Part shown: one piece after another, positions 29,253 to 39,999 of the stretch
Position numbering within the stretch: position 1 is the first letter of the stretch
How the letters are laid out: each line of letters begins with the position of its first letter
Assembly (NCBI GenBank): GCA_963841435.1
Contig: CAWJCS010000002.1
Location: forward strand, 480,001 to 544,000
Source: an uncultured delta proteobacterium
GTDB taxonomy: Bacteria; Myxococcota_A; Polyangia; Polyangiales; Polyangiaceae
Length of the DNA: 64,000 nucleotides
Direction: 5' to 3'
Program-made: the position numbers and the translations under genes
Notes under the pieces: generated by a model
Told to the model about the DNA's origin: nothing
The model's database searches: none
What the model saw: the letters and a program-made list of their open reading frames with translations, nothing else

Positions 29253-29916
29253 GACACTAGGTTCGTTTGGCTCGGCCTGTCTGGTCGGCGTTTCCATCAT
29301 GGGCTGCGGCGGGGGTACGGACGACTGGGAACCGACCGCGGGTCTCGAGGAGCCCATCAACATCATCTCCTGCTCCACCGCCCCACGGGACGTGGTCCTA
29401 AACTCCACCGTCAGTCAGTGGACTGGCGTCAGCTCCCCCTCGAGCTACGACAATCCCGGGTGCAACGAGGGCTTCGTCGTCGAATTCGACGGGACCGTCG
29501 GCGGTGTACACTACGGCTATCGGCTCAACAATCCTCCGCCCCTGAGCAGCCAGGGCATTCGGGTCGATTTCACGACGCCTGGCCCCAAGCAGCTCGCGAC
29601 GTGCGAAGGCAGTCTCAAGGGAGGAGCCTACCTCTACGAGAAGACGACCAGCGGGAACTGGCAGCTGCTCTCATCGATCTTCGTGAATCCAACGCAGCTC
29701 GTCAATCACGGAATCACCACGGGGTGCCCGCTCGAGGGCATCGTCTTCAACCAGGTGAAGAAGGGGAGCGCTCAGACGCCACACATCTATCGCGTGGCCG
29801 CCACCATGGACGTGCTCGATCCGTCTCAGTTCATAGGAAGCTACCCCGACGGGCAAGGCTATGGGCCGATCTTCGTCCATGCTTGCGACGCGAACAACTG
29901 TCTCAACGGCGGGTGA
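29245..29916 (+). CDS. Hypothetical lipoprotein
   Basis: GGGAG RBS, IMGC lipobox, natural composition, six further Cys. Confidence 0.7.
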   Translation: MNTTLGSFGSACLVGVSIMGCGGGTDDWEPTAGLEEPINIISCSTAPRDVVLNSTVSQWTGVSSPSSYDNPGCNEGFVVEFDGTVGGVHYGYRLNNPPPLSSQGIRVDFTTPGPKQLATCEGSLKGGAYLYEKTTSGNWQLLSSIFVNPTQLVNHGITTGCPLEGIVFNQVKKGSAQTPHIYRVAATMDVLDPSQFIGSYPDGQGYGPIFVHACDANNCLNGG

Positions 29917-30523
29917 CGTGATCGCCACCGAGACCGACGTGGAGGCGGACGAAGCAGGTCGGACTGCCGAGCAGCTCGCGTACTAGCCTCGCGCGGATCA
30001 TGCCGTAGGTCGCCTGGGCGCTCGCGGACGCGAGCTCGCACCGTCGCCGCGTTCCTTGGCGAGCGCCCGATCCCGGCGCAGCGCCGCGCGCGGGACAGAT
30101 CGCCACGCGAGGCAGGACCGCCTCGACCTAGCGAGCGATCCAACACCGCGGACGCCCAGAAACGGCAGTTCTGCGCACGCCAAACGCTCTGCCCGGGCTT
30201 GCGCGTCGGATGGCTCGTCGCGCCGGTTTCCCGAGCCCGAGGGTGCCCAGGAGCGCGCTCCGGCGGCCGTGCCCCCGCAGGCAGAGCGATTGCGTTTTTG
30301 GTCGTCGGTACCCCCTCGCCGTCGAGCCCACTGGGCTCGCCGATAGCGAGAGCCTCGGGCGCGACACAACGGTCCCACCGAGGCTCGACGACACACTCTT
30401 CTGCGGAAGAGCACCAAATGTCCGCGCGGAACACCAGCACTGTAAACGACGCCGCGTAGGCACGAACCTTGAATGAGTCGATGCCGTGAGGCTCACGAGC
30501 CTTTCACAAGGAAGGAACAAGTC

Positions 30524-30997
30524 ATGAAACAGAAGATCGCGACACTCGCTCTGCTCGGAACTTCCGCATTCTGTTCGGTCAACCTACTCGCGTGCTCAGC
30601 GGACGTTCACGACAACACATTGGATGTTCACGACAACACTGCCAACATCGACGACGCGAAGGTCGAGTTCGAGACCGCCGACGACGTTTCGGCGCTGGCC
30701 CCGGGCCAGGCCGTTCCAGTCACGATCCAGGCGGAAAATGTCTACCTGATCGACCCTTCCGAGACACCTCCACCGGACCGCGTCATGGTGGCCGGTCACT
30801 TCCAGTTCTATCTCGACGACCTGTCAACGACTCCCATCCTGATCACCGCGGAAGAGTCGGTCAACGTCACTATCCCGGCGTCGGCCCCTCCCGGCGATCA
30901 TAAACTCCTGTGTCGCGTGCACAAGCACGATGGTACGCCAACCGACGCGACCTTCGAGATGGACATAACGGTCCAGGCGAGCGCCTCCACGGGCTAA
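30524..30997 (+). CDS. Hypothetical lipoprotein (His-containing beta-sandwich, DUF4399/DUF6130-like)
   Basis: AAGGAAGG RBS, LLAC lipobox, GHFQFYLDD, PGDHKL.CRVHKHDGTP. Confidence 0.7.
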   Translation: MKQKIATLALLGTSAFCSVNLLACSADVHDNTLDVHDNTANIDDAKVEFETADDVSALAPGQAVPVTIQAENVYLIDPSETPPPDRVMVAGHFQFYLDDLSTTPILITAEESVNVTIPASAPPGDHKLLCRVHKHDGTPTDATFEMDITVQASASTG

Positions 30998-31595
30998 CAG
31001 TGGTGGGGGCGCGCCGAAAGGTGCGCCCCCACTGCTCTGGGCGAACCGCCGGGTTGCACCGCGTCTGCCGACGCGAATGACTCCCGGCGGCTCCGCAGAT
31101 TAGGAGGTACGCGTGAAATCGTCAGCCTGCGGGAGCAAGAGCTTCGTGCAGAGCGAAAGCGAGGGAGCGGGCGACGGGCGGCTCCGGCGGAACGGCGGGT
31201 ACGGGGACGGGCGGCCGCGCTGGCGAAGCCGCGGGCGGCACCGGTGGCTCGGTGTCGATCCGAAGGATTGCGCCCCGTAGTCCCCACGAGGGACTCGCGA
31301 CGAGCTCTCGCCCGACGGCGCCACGCTCCTTGCCCCCGAGGTGGCGTTCGACACCGCCGACTGGTCGCCGCTCACGAGTGTCGAACCGCCCGCGACCGAC
31401 GCGCGATAGCGAACGAAGTTCGCATCGTTCACGACGCCAACAGAAATTCGGCGGCACGGCCGCACTGAAACGGGGGTGGGACGAAAATGAGCCAGCGCGT
31501 GACGGGCGCCCCGTGGCCGCGCGGAGGACGCTCCTGACCCAGTGGAAATCAAGCCGATCGGCGAATGGCTTGGAACTTGCACCTCTCGCTCGGTC

Positions 31596-33125
31596 ATGTC
31601 GGTGTTCATGGCATTCGATCTCCCGCCAGCACCGGTCGCAGAGACCGGTTACGCGCGCGGCCAGGTCCTCGCCGATCGATACGAGCTGACGCGAATCCTC
31701 GGTCAAGGTGGAACCGCCGTCGTATGGGTCGCGCGCGATTCCGTGCTCGATGTCAACGTAGCCGCCAAGATCGTGTTGCGCAGCGGAAACGAGCTCTCGA
31801 GCGAGGCGCGCGAGCGCGCCATCCAGGAAGCACGTCTCACCGCGCAGCTGACGGACCCGGCAATCTGCCGAGTGCTCGATTTCGGCTTCACCGAGCACGG
31901 AGATCCCTTCGTCGTCTCCGAGCTCCTCGTGGGTGAGACGCTGGAGGGCCACCTGACGCGCGTTGGTTGCCTTTTACCGGTCCAGGCCGTGCGGCTCCTC
32001 CTGCCCATCCTGGACGGACTGGCGGCGGCCCACAGGAAAGGCATCGTTCATCGGGACGTGAAGCCGGGGAACGTGTTCCTCGCGAGCTCGGAGGGGCGCC
32101 TTCAGCCCAAGCTCCTCGACTTCGGCATCGCGTGCTCACGCGACGGGCGAGGCCGCGTGACGGCCGCCGGGACGATTTGCGGAACCCCCTGCTACATGTC
32201 ACCGGAGCAGGCGTGTGCGAGCGGTGACATCGACCAGAGGAGCGACCTCTGGTCCTTCTGCGTCATGTTGTACGAGACGGTCAGCGGAACCGTACCCTTC
32301 ATGGACGACGACTGCAACGTGACCCTGTTCGCCATCGCGAACCAAACCGCTCCGTCTCTGGCGTCGCTGGGTTGCAACGTCGCGCTCTCCCGGATCGTCG
32401 AGCGTGGCATGGCGAAGGAGCGCTCCGAACGCTGGCCCTCGGCGACGGAGCTCGCCGATGCGCTGGCGCGCTGGTTGGTGGATCTCGGGTGCGAAGCCGA
32501 CTCCTGCGGGATTTCTCTTCGGCGCCGCTTCATCGAGGAGAGAGCGAACGCGGTTCCCGCCCTGCTTGGAGGCGTCGAGGCGGCGTCGAATGCGCCAGGC
32601 ATCACGGCAGTTCCCAGGGCCCGCAAGTCGAGGGCCGGGACGATCGCGCTCGTGAGCTCGTTCGCCGCAATCGGGGTGTTCGTCGGCGCGCTGGGTTGGG
32701 TGCGATGGAGTGCCCGCTCCGGCGCGCTCCGAGCCTGGCCCCACGCAGCAGCTCCGGCAACCAGCTCGCCCGTCGAACCGGCTCTCCCGGTGCCGGAAGG
32801 GGAGCAACCGAGCCACGCGGAGCCTCTCGCCGGGGGAGCCCTGCCCGATGGAGCAACCGACGCAACGCTCACGTCCAAACGCGCGGACACTCCGCACCGG
32901 CACTCCGCGAGCGAGCGACCCGAGCCCGGAGTCAACTCCTCCGAGGAGTCGGGCAAGCCGTCGGAGCCGCTGTCGCTACCTCCGCCTTCCCCCTTCGCGC
33001 CCTCGGCACCCAGCCGGGTCAACCGGGGACGCGAGGCGACGCCGCCGGCGACACGACCGGCGAAGGTCCGCGGTAGCTCGCGTTCCGACGGCGCTCGGCC
33101 TCCGGTGCGCGACTACGGGATCTGA
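31596..33125 (+). CDS. Hanks-type Ser/Thr protein kinase with TM helix
   Basis: LGQGGTAVV, VAAK, HRDVKPGN, DFG, GTPCYMSPEQ, DLWS. Confidence 0.93.
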   Translation: MSVFMAFDLPPAPVAETGYARGQVLADRYELTRILGQGGTAVVWVARDSVLDVNVAAKIVLRSGNELSSEARERAIQEARLTAQLTDPAICRVLDFGFTEHGDPFVVSELLVGETLEGHLTRVGCLLPVQAVRLLLPILDGLAAAHRKGIVHRDVKPGNVFLASSEGRLQPKLLDFGIACSRDGRGRVTAAGTICGTPCYMSPEQACASGDIDQRSDLWSFCVMLYETVSGTVPFMDDDCNVTLFAIANQTAPSLASLGCNVALSRIVERGMAKERSERWPSATELADALARWLVDLGCEADSCGISLRRRFIEERANAVPALLGGVEAASNAPGITAVPRARKSRAGTIALVSSFAAIGVFVGALGWVRWSARSGALRAWPHAAAPATSSPVEPALPVPEGEQPSHAEPLAGGALPDGATDATLTSKRADTPHRHSASERPEPGVNSSEESGKPSEPLSLPPPSPFAPSAPSRVNRGREATPPATRPAKVRGSSRSDGARPPVRDYGI

Positions 33126-33149
33126 GGCCCACCGAGAGTGATCCGGGGC

Positions 33150-33296
33150 TCAGCGAAGGAGCAGCAGGACCAGCAGGACCACGGCGACGACGCCGAGCCC
33201 GCCGGTCGGGTAGTAGCCCCAGCCTTGGCTGTAGGGCCAGCTCGGCAGGGCGAGGAGCATGAGAACGACCAGCAGAACGAGGATCCAGATCAACAT
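33150..33296 (-). CDS. DUF3309 family small membrane protein (absent from ORF track)
   Basis: MLIWILVLLVVLMLLALPSWPYSQGWGYYPTGGLGVVAVVLLVLLLLR*; AAGGAG RBS. Confidence 0.88.
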   Translation of the reverse strand: MLIWILVLLVVLMLLALPSWPYSQGWGYYPTGGLGVVAVVLLVLLLLR

Positions 33297-33311
33297 GACG
33301 TTTCTCCTTGG

Positions 33312-33641
33312 TCAGGGGACGACTTCGATGCAGTCGTCCGTACAAGGGAAGACCGCCTCGGAGCAGGCGCGGTCATCGATGCACGCCGCACACATGTCTA
33401 CCTTACGCTGATAGTTGCGGTCCTTGCCTGCGGCGTCGCGACATCGAGCACTGCAACCGTCTACGTCGTAACCGTCGTCGAAGCAGTCGCGATATCGGCC
33501 GCAGATGGAGTGGCAGTCCACGGCGTTGTCGACGGCATCATCCGCTCCGCAACCAGGCACCATCGAAATCAGCACGCCAAACACCGAAAGCGCGAGCGGG
33601 CGGGCAATCCTTCGGGGGAACGGCTTACCTTGATTGAACAT
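33312..33641 (-). CDS. Small Cys-rich lipoprotein
   Basis: VPGC lipobox; DCHSICGRYRDCFD..C..RC; AAGGAG RBS. Confidence 0.75.
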   Translation of the reverse strand: MFNQGKPFPRRIARPLALSVFGVLISMVPGCGADDAVDNAVDCHSICGRYRDCFDDGYDVDGCSARCRDAAGKDRNYQRKVDMCAACIDDRACSEAVFPCTDDCIEVVP

Positions 33642-33708
33642 CTTCGAGCTCCTTCGTTCGAGCCGACGAGCGGGCGTTTGGTGAGGCGCAGATGTCGAGC
33701 GAGACCGT

Positions 33709-34197
33709 TCAGTCCACTTTGTCGACGGCCTTCTTGAGCTCGTCGATGGCATTGTCCACGCGTGCCTTCGTGGCGTCCCACGTCGTAGCCGCCGAAGCTT
33801 CGACGCTCGAGTACGCGGCCGCCACGCTTTCTCGCAACGACCGAATGGTAGGCAAGGCCTGTTCGATTTCCGCTTTTTTCTCGGCGCCTGCAGTCTGGGT
33901 CTTGGCCTCCAAATCGGCGATGTCCTTGTCGATGCTCGCGAGCTCTTCGGTGACCTTGTGTCGGTAGTCGTCGCGCATCTTGACGAAGTTGGCTTGGGCG
34001 TCAGCCACCTTTTCGTCCGCTTTGGCTTCCGCCTCGTTGATCTTGTCGGTCGCCTCGCGCCTGGCTTCGTCAACTTCGCGCTCGGCTTGCGCGCGAGCCT
34101 CGTCCGCCTTCTTCTGTTCATCGGCAGCCCGGTTACAGCCAATGGCAAGCACCCCCGAGAGAGCCAGCATCATACCAACCGCGTTGAAGCGAATCAT
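33709..34197 (-). CDS. Coiled-coil lipoprotein
   Basis: AIGC lipobox; A/E/K-rich helices; GGAGG RBS. Confidence 0.8.
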   Translation of the reverse strand: MIRFNAVGMMLALSGVLAIGCNRAADEQKKADEARAQAEREVDEARREATDKINEAEAKADEKVADAQANFVKMRDDYRHKVTEELASIDKDIADLEAKTQTAGAEKKAEIEQALPTIRSLRESVAAAYSSVEASAATTWDATKARVDNAIDELKKAVDKVD

Positions 34198-34249
34198 CTT
34201 TGCCTCCAGTTCGAGTTCAATCGGAACTACCAGCGCGTACGCATCGCGC

Positions 34250-35155
34250 TCATCTGGTGGTGGACGGTTGGCTCGCCGACTTCGCCGCCTTCTTGCCGAT
34301 CACGATCTCGACCCGGCGATTGTTGGCGCGCCCCTCGGCGGTGTCGTTCGTCGCCACCGGATCGGATTCGCCTTTACCGACCGCCGTGATCCGGTCCGCG
34401 GGAACGCCCTTTTGCACGAGATACGAGCGAACGGACTGTGCTCGCTGTTCGGACAGCTTCCGGTTGTTGTCCTCCGACCCGCGCGAATCCGTGTAGCCTT
34501 CGACCGTGATTGACTGCTCGTCTTCGATGTCGTTGAGCGCCTTCGCCACGTCGTCGAGCTTCCGCTTGGCGAGCGGCAAGAGCTCGGACTTGCCCGTCAG
34601 GAACAAGACGGAGCCGTCGAGCGTGATCACCGTTCCACGCTGATCCTCCTTGACCTGCGCGAGCTCCTTCAGACTCGCCACGGCGGCTTCCGCGCGCTTC
34701 TCGGCGTCGGTCCTGGCGGCGCGCTCGGAGGCCAGATCGTTCTTCTGCGTTGCGATCTGCTCGCGCGCGGACTCGAGTTGCTCGCCGCGCTCGGCTGCCC
34801 GCGCCTCGGCCGCGCGACGCTGCCGGTCCTGCTCGGCAACGTAAGCCTTCTGCGCGCTCTCTTCGCTGTTCTTCGCGTACGCGAACTCCCCGTAGGACTC
34901 CGCGATCTCGGCTTCGCGGCGCGCCACGTACGAAAGGCGCTTTTCTTCGAACGAGCCGGGGTCGTCGTCATGAGCGGCCTCGGCCCGGTCGAGGGCCTGC
35001 TTGGCCGTCAGGACCCGATTGGGACCGAGCTCCGAAGCGTGCGAGGCGCGTGCTTCTTCGTACGCGTGCCGCGCGTCCACGAGCTCCTGGGAAGGGCCGG
35101 TGCTGGCGCAGGCCGCGACGCTGATCACGAGGGGAACCAGAATGAGCTGTCTCAT
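34250..35155 (-). CDS. OmpA-family lipoprotein with DUF4398 N-terminus
   Basis: VAAC; RGTVITL..VLF, VEGYTDSRG..N..LSEQRA, GRANNRRVEI. Confidence 0.93.
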   Translation of the reverse strand: MRQLILVPLVISVAACASTGPSQELVDARHAYEEARASHASELGPNRVLTAKQALDRAEAAHDDDPGSFEEKRLSYVARREAEIAESYGEFAYAKNSEESAQKAYVAEQDRQRRAAEARAAERGEQLESAREQIATQKNDLASERAARTDAEKRAEAAVASLKELAQVKEDQRGTVITLDGSVLFLTGKSELLPLAKRKLDDVAKALNDIEDEQSITVEGYTDSRGSEDNNRKLSEQRAQSVRSYLVQKGVPADRITAVGKGESDPVATNDTAEGRANNRRVEIVIGKKAAKSASQPSTTR

Positions 35156-35550
35156 GGTGTAGCTTCCTTTCCTTGCGAGCGCGGTTGCGCGCTGTCCGCG
35201 CGAGCCTGAAGCTCACGTACTTCCTTTTGCGCCTGCTCGGCGTTCGCCTTGGCCTGCGATTCGCGCGTCAGCATGAGCGCCAGGTTCGCGTCGGCCTCGG
35301 CGCCATCCAGGACGAGCCTGGCCTCGTCCTCATCGCCGTTCTCGATCATGTTCTTGGCCCGAGCCAGCTGATCGCGCGCCATTTTCAGGTGCAGCGCGGC
35401 TTGTGGCTGGTTCTCGGCGCCGACGGCGTCGGCGGCGCTGACGGCCGATTCGGCCTCCGTCACCTTGGGCGGCGGCAGCGAAGCGCCGCCGCAGGCGAGG
35501 CACGCTACGAACGGGGCCGTTCCGAGGAGATGCAGAGTCGTCACTCGCAT
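35152..35550 (-). CDS. DUF4398 lipoprotein
   Basis: LAC; VGA..PQAALHLKMARDQL..A, AEADANLA; ATGA overlap with the OmpA gene. Confidence 0.85.
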   Translation of the reverse strand: MRVTTLHLLGTAPFVACLACGGASLPPPKVTEAESAVSAADAVGAENQPQAALHLKMARDQLARAKNMIENGDEDEARLVLDGAEADANLALMLTRESQAKANAEQAQKEVRELQARADSAQPRSQGKEATP

Positions 35551-35593
35551 GATGGTTTCCTTTCTCGTGTTTCCTTCCTCGGCGGGCGTCGGA

Positions 35594-35608
35594 GCAAGAG
35601 CTGCGCCA
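35594..35608 (-). promoter_or_regulatory. Putative sigma54 promoter of the DUF4398-OmpA operon
   Basis: TGGCGCAGCTCTTGC on the minus strand. Confidence 0.6.
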
Positions 35609-35803
35609 GCTCGTTCCGCGCCGGGAAACCTAGCGTTCGAGCAGCGAGCGTGTCACGAGCGCTCGCACGAGAGCGGGCCTTGCACGGTCACGTTTGCCCC
35701 AGCCGGGCATCTCGCCTCATGCACCTGTCCGCATCGGGCGCGCCGTCGCGATGCTGAGCTTCGAGGCTGTCGGAGTAGAGCGAGTTCGGCGAGCTCTCGG
35801 CGT

Positions 35804-36151
35804 TCAATCCACGAGGGCGTGCCGGGGCACGTTGCTTGCGCCGCCTGCCCCGCCGCCGGTTCCGGCGGCGCCCCCGCCTGCCCCGCCGCTGCCGCCGCTC
35901 TCCCTGTTGGGGGCGGGCAGGACCGGACGCGCGTAGCCATCGGGGGGCGCGTCGGGCCGCGCCGCGACCGGCGGCGCGTCAGCGCGCCCCGTCGCGTCTC
36001 CGACGCTCGGCGGGGGAGGCTCCACGATCGGATCGGCGGGACTGGTCGGGGTGTCGGTCGGCGGCGGAGGCGGCTCCACCGGGCGATCCGTCCCGCGACA
36101 AGCCGGCCTGCCGAGACAAGACAGCACGAGCACGAAAGGCGTCGTACGCAT
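35804..36151 (-). CDS. Pro/Gly-rich small secreted-type protein (possibly degenerate)
   Basis: Hydrophobic N-terminus with Cys; sigma54-like TGGCACGGTGGATGC at 36166-36180. Confidence 0.4.
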   Translation of the reverse strand: MRTTPFVLVLSCLGRPACRGTDRPVEPPPPPTDTPTSPADPIVEPPPPSVGDATGRADAPPVAARPDAPPDGYARPVLPAPNRESGGSGGAGGGAAGTGGGAGGASNVPRHALVD

Positions 36152-36433
36152 GGGTGGTGGCTCGTGCATCCACCGTGCCACGTTTGCGCCTCTGCCTTCG
36201 CCAAGCGCGCTGCTTCGCAACGCCGGCCGACCCTGCACGCAGTGTCCATGCCAGGGCGAGGCGCGGATGTCGGCGAGCTCGTGCCTCAGTCGGCGTATCG
36301 CTCTGCACGCCGTCGCTGTCTTTTCGACCCTACTGACACACCGTGACGAGATGCCCGAGTCAACGTTGAGGACTCTGCTGCACTCGGCGCCTCGTCGTCG
36401 GTCTGGAGGCGATGCTGGCGAGCCGCACCCAGT

Positions 36434-36448
36434 CGGCACGCACGTTGC
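36434..36448 (+). promoter_or_regulatory. Putative sigma54 promoter
   Basis: CGGCACGCACGTTGC before the 36465 gene. Confidence 0.5.
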
Positions 36449-36464
36449 ACCCCCCCCGGTCTCG

Positions 36465-36857
36465 ATGTCTTCGAGTCTCGTATTGCGTGCGCACGCGCTC
36501 GTCGCCGGGGCGATTCTCGCGACGATGTCCGGCTGCTATGCGGAGGCGACCACGAGCGGTGGGTTTGACGTCGAGTACGTCGCCCCACCGGTGGTCGAGG
36601 TCGAAGCGTACCCACACGTCTACTACGCGGGGCACGTCGTCTATTTGATCCATGATCACTGGTACTACCGGAATGGGCCGCGCTGGGTCTACTACCGCAC
36701 CGAGCCGCGCGTCCTCCGTGAGCGCAGACGCGTCATTCGGCGTCATGCGCCCGCGGTGCACGAACGCGCCCGCGTGCGCCACGCGCCGCCGGCTCACCCT
36801 AGCTCGCGCCACCACCGCCATCGCCATCACCGCGACGACGATCATCGCGACCGGTGA
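36465..36857 (+). CDS. Lipoprotein with Tyr/Trp-rich core and His/Arg-rich tail
   Basis: MSGC lipobox; YPHVYY.G..VY....WYY....WVYYR.EP. Confidence 0.7.
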   Translation: MSSSLVLRAHALVAGAILATMSGCYAEATTSGGFDVEYVAPPVVEVEAYPHVYYAGHVVYLIHDHWYYRNGPRWVYYRTEPRVLRERRRVIRRHAPAVHERARVRHAPPAHPSSRHHRHRHHRDDDHRDR

Positions 36858-36868
36858 CTGGAGAGCAC

Positions 36869-37270
36869 ATGAAGCTTCGAAACGCAGTCGGTCTTTGCGG
36901 CACGCTTCTCGCGAGCGGCTGCGGCTCGGATCCGGCGCCGCCGGTCGTGGTGGCTGGGGACGGGTTGCTCACCGTCGATTGGACCATCGACCGCGCCAAA
37001 GATCCCTACGCCTGTCGCGACGAGGCCGCGGACAGTATCGACGTCTACGTGAGCACTCCCGGCGGGACGCCGGTCGGCGACTTCAACGAGTATTGCGAGT
37101 CGTTTGCGATGAGCATCAGTCTCGCTCCCGGGACGTACTTCGCCGATGCAACGCTTCTCGACGCGGGAGGCGCGGAGATCACGACGCCCGTCGACCTGGG
37201 GCGTTTCACCCTCTACGGCGATGACGAGCTCGTCGTGCCCATCGATTTCCCGTACGACTCGTTTTATTGA
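36869..37270 (+). CDS. Hypothetical lipoprotein
   Basis: GGAG RBS, LASGC, G.LTVDWTI..C..C, IDFP.DSFY. Confidence 0.75.
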   Translation: MKLRNAVGLCGTLLASGCGSDPAPPVVVAGDGLLTVDWTIDRAKDPYACRDEAADSIDVYVSTPGGTPVGDFNEYCESFAMSISLAPGTYFADATLLDAGGAEITTPVDLGRFTLYGDDELVVPIDFPYDSFY

Positions 37271-37534
37271 ATCATCCCCCTCCCGCCGAGCGCGCGGGCC
37301 GGTTGGAGCGCGCGGCGCCGCATCGCGCGCAGAACAGGCCGTGGCAATGCGCCGCGCGACATCGAGATCCCTCCTCGCGCTTGCCACGCAATCACCGCAT
37401 TGCCTCGTGGCACCATGACCGCGCGCGCGGGTGCCCGTGCAGCGGCGCCACGCTGAAAAGCGTCGCGCTGACGTGAGCGGCGCCGTGCGGCTTCTGGAGG
37501 GGGAGCGCGCTGGCACGTCGGCAATTCGATCGGA

Positions 37535-37549
37535 TGGCCCGCGCCTTGC
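37535..37549 (+). promoter_or_regulatory. Putative sigma54 promoter
   Basis: TGGCCCGCGCCTTGC ~80 nt upstream of the spondin gene. Confidence 0.55.
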
Positions 37550-37626
37550 ACGAGGCGGCCAACTGCGTCGCATGCCTCTGCTGTTCGCTGAGGCGAATCG
37601 GCGCACCAAGTTCAGGAGGACAATCG

Positions 37627-39858
37627 ATGCGACTTCACTCTTTGTTCGGCATGGCCTTGACCGTTCCCCTCATGATGGCCGCGTGCGGCGGTGACGACGG
37701 CGACGGAGGCGGCAACCACGCAGGCACCGGCGGCCGCGGCGGTTCTGGGACGAGCGCGACCGGTGGCAGCGGTGGCTCGGTGACCACCGGGGGCAGTGGC
37801 GGCTCGATGAGCACCGGCGGAAGTGGTGGCGGCCGCGGCGGCTCCGGCGGCACGACAGCGGGACTCGGAGGCTCGAGCGGCGAGGCGGGCATGCCGGGCG
37901 GGGCGGGAGAACCCGGTGAGGCGGGCATGGCGGGAATGTCCGGCGAAGCAGGCGGAAACGGCATGACGACGTTCCGCGTTCGCATCGAGAACCATTCCGA
38001 CGAGACCTCGACGCCGACGCCGTTCTCGCCCGGCGTGTGGACCGTCGCAGCGGGCTCGGACACGCTCTTCACCGAAGGAACGGCGGATTGGGGCGACGGG
38101 CTCGAGGAGCTCGCGGAGGAGGGCGCGCCAGAGACGCTCGCCGGCTCGCTGTCGTCCGACGACGCGCTGTACGGGTCGGGCGTCTTCGACGAGCTTTCTG
38201 GCTCCGCGACCACGGGCAAGGCGTTGCCCGGTGAAGCCTTCGAGTTCGACGTGACGGCCTCGCCGGACGCGCCGAATCTCGCGTTTGCGTCGATGTTCGG
38301 TCAATCGAACAACGTCTTCATCGGACCCGACGGCGACGGCATTCCGCTCTTCGACGAACAGGGCGATCCGCTGCCCGAGCGCGACGTGACCGATCTCGTC
38401 AAGCTGTGGGACGCGGGGACCGAGCGCAACCAGGCTCCGCTGATGGGTCCGGACCAAGCGCCGCGCGAGGCATCGAGCGGCGTCGGACCCGAGGAGGCGA
38501 CGATTGCGCCCTTCAGTGACACGACGCGAGCGCTCCCCACCGCGGACGCCATCGTGGACGTGTCGGTCAGCGAGGCATCGGGCACCTACACGTTCGTCGT
38601 CGAGAACGTCTCCGGCGACCGCCATGCCCTCGTCACGCCCATCTCGCCGGTGTTCTTCGCGACGCACGACGACACCTGGCAGCTGTTCGAGGACGGGGTC
38701 GCCGCCCCGGCCGCCCTCGAGAGCCTCGCCGAGGACGGCTCGCCCACGGCGCTCGTGGCGGCGAACTCGGGCGCATCCGGCGTCGGAACGGCCGACGCGG
38801 TGACGATCCGCGACGGTGGGACGAGCGCCGGCCCGGCGCCGACCGGCGGCTCGTTCACGTTCTCCGTCATGCCAGACACCGGCCACCCCCGCGTGAGCTT
38901 TGCCACGATGGTCGGCACGACGAACGACGCGTTCTTGGCGCTCCCGCCGGCTGGCGTCGCGTTGCTCGACGATAACGGTGATCCGCGACCGGCGGCCGAC
39001 GTGGAGGCAGACGTTCGGGCCAGTCTGCAAGTCTGGGACGCAGGCACCGAGGCGAACGAGGTGCCGGGCATCGGCAAAAATCAGGCGCCGCGCCAGAGCG
39101 CAACCGACACGGGGCCGGTCGATCCGAACCCCGTCGTACGCCCGTACGGCGACGACACGAACGATCTCGCCGGAGCCGGTCTGGGTGGCTTTGCGGCGGT
39201 CACCGTCGTCAACGGCAGCGCAGAAAACGAGTTCCAGGTGACCGTGAGCGACACCGCCGATACGACGGCGTTCCCGGGCAAGGTGTCACCCTTGGTCTGG
39301 GCGGTGCACGACGACACCGCCACGCTGTTCCACTCGGGTGGCAAGGCATCCGCCGGGCTCGAGCATCTGGCGGAGGACGGCGATCCATCGACTTTCGTCA
39401 ACGAGCTCGGCGCTATGAGCGGGGTCGGCAGCTCCGGCGCCGTCGACACGGCGGTCGGCGCGAGCTACCCGGGGCCCATCGCGCCCGGCCAGAGCTTCAG
39501 CTTCACGGTGACGGCCGATGCGACTCATCGCTTCCTGAGCCTCGCGGCCATGGTGGCGCCTTCGAACGACACGTTCATGGCCTTCGATCCTGGTGGCATC
39601 GAGCTCATCGACAGCATCGGCGATGCGCGCTCCGACAGCGATCTGGCTTACGAGATCACTCAAGCGCTGCGCGCTTGGGACGCGGGCACCGAGGCGAACC
39701 AGGCAGGTGCCGCTGGGCCTGACCAGATCGGCGCGCAGGCCGCGCCGAACACCGGTGCCGCCGAGGGCAACGGGCACGTGCGCGTGCTCGCGGATCCGGT
39801 GTGGACGTACCCGTCGGGTCCGAGACTGTTCAATGTGACCGTGAAGCCGATGCAGTGA
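37627..39858 (+). CDS. Lipoprotein with Gly-rich linker and three tandem Spondin_N domains
   Basis: AGGAGG RBS, MAAC; three copies of SP..,LE.LAE(E/D)G, M...(S/T)N(N/D).F, WDAGTE.N. Confidence 0.88.
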   Translation: MRLHSLFGMALTVPLMMAACGGDDGDGGGNHAGTGGRGGSGTSATGGSGGSVTTGGSGGSMSTGGSGGGRGGSGGTTAGLGGSSGEAGMPGGAGEPGEAGMAGMSGEAGGNGMTTFRVRIENHSDETSTPTPFSPGVWTVAAGSDTLFTEGTADWGDGLEELAEEGAPETLAGSLSSDDALYGSGVFDELSGSATTGKALPGEAFEFDVTASPDAPNLAFASMFGQSNNVFIGPDGDGIPLFDEQGDPLPERDVTDLVKLWDAGTERNQAPLMGPDQAPREASSGVGPEEATIAPFSDTTRALPTADAIVDVSVSEASGTYTFVVENVSGDRHALVTPISPVFFATHDDTWQLFEDGVAAPAALESLAEDGSPTALVAANSGASGVGTADAVTIRDGGTSAGPAPTGGSFTFSVMPDTGHPRVSFATMVGTTNDAFLALPPAGVALLDDNGDPRPAADVEADVRASLQVWDAGTEANEVPGIGKNQAPRQSATDTGPVDPNPVVRPYGDDTNDLAGAGLGGFAAVTVVNGSAENEFQVTVSDTADTTAFPGKVSPLVWAVHDDTATLFHSGGKASAGLEHLAEDGDPSTFVNELGAMSGVGSSGAVDTAVGASYPGPIAPGQSFSFTVTADATHRFLSLAAMVAPSNDTFMAFDPGGIELIDSIGDARSDSDLAYEITQALRAWDAGTEANQAGAAGPDQIGAQAAPNTGAAEGNGHVRVLADPVWTYPSGPRLFNVTVKPMQ

Positions 39859-39999
39859 GTCCGGATGGAGCCCTTGCCAGCGGAACCTGTCGCAGCCACG
39901 CGCGCGCGTTTCCACGCGGCGACCTGGGCCGGGCACTCGTTGCGTCCGGGTCCGCGGCTGCTCGGCCCGCGTGATCGACCACCACCAGAAAGGAACACG

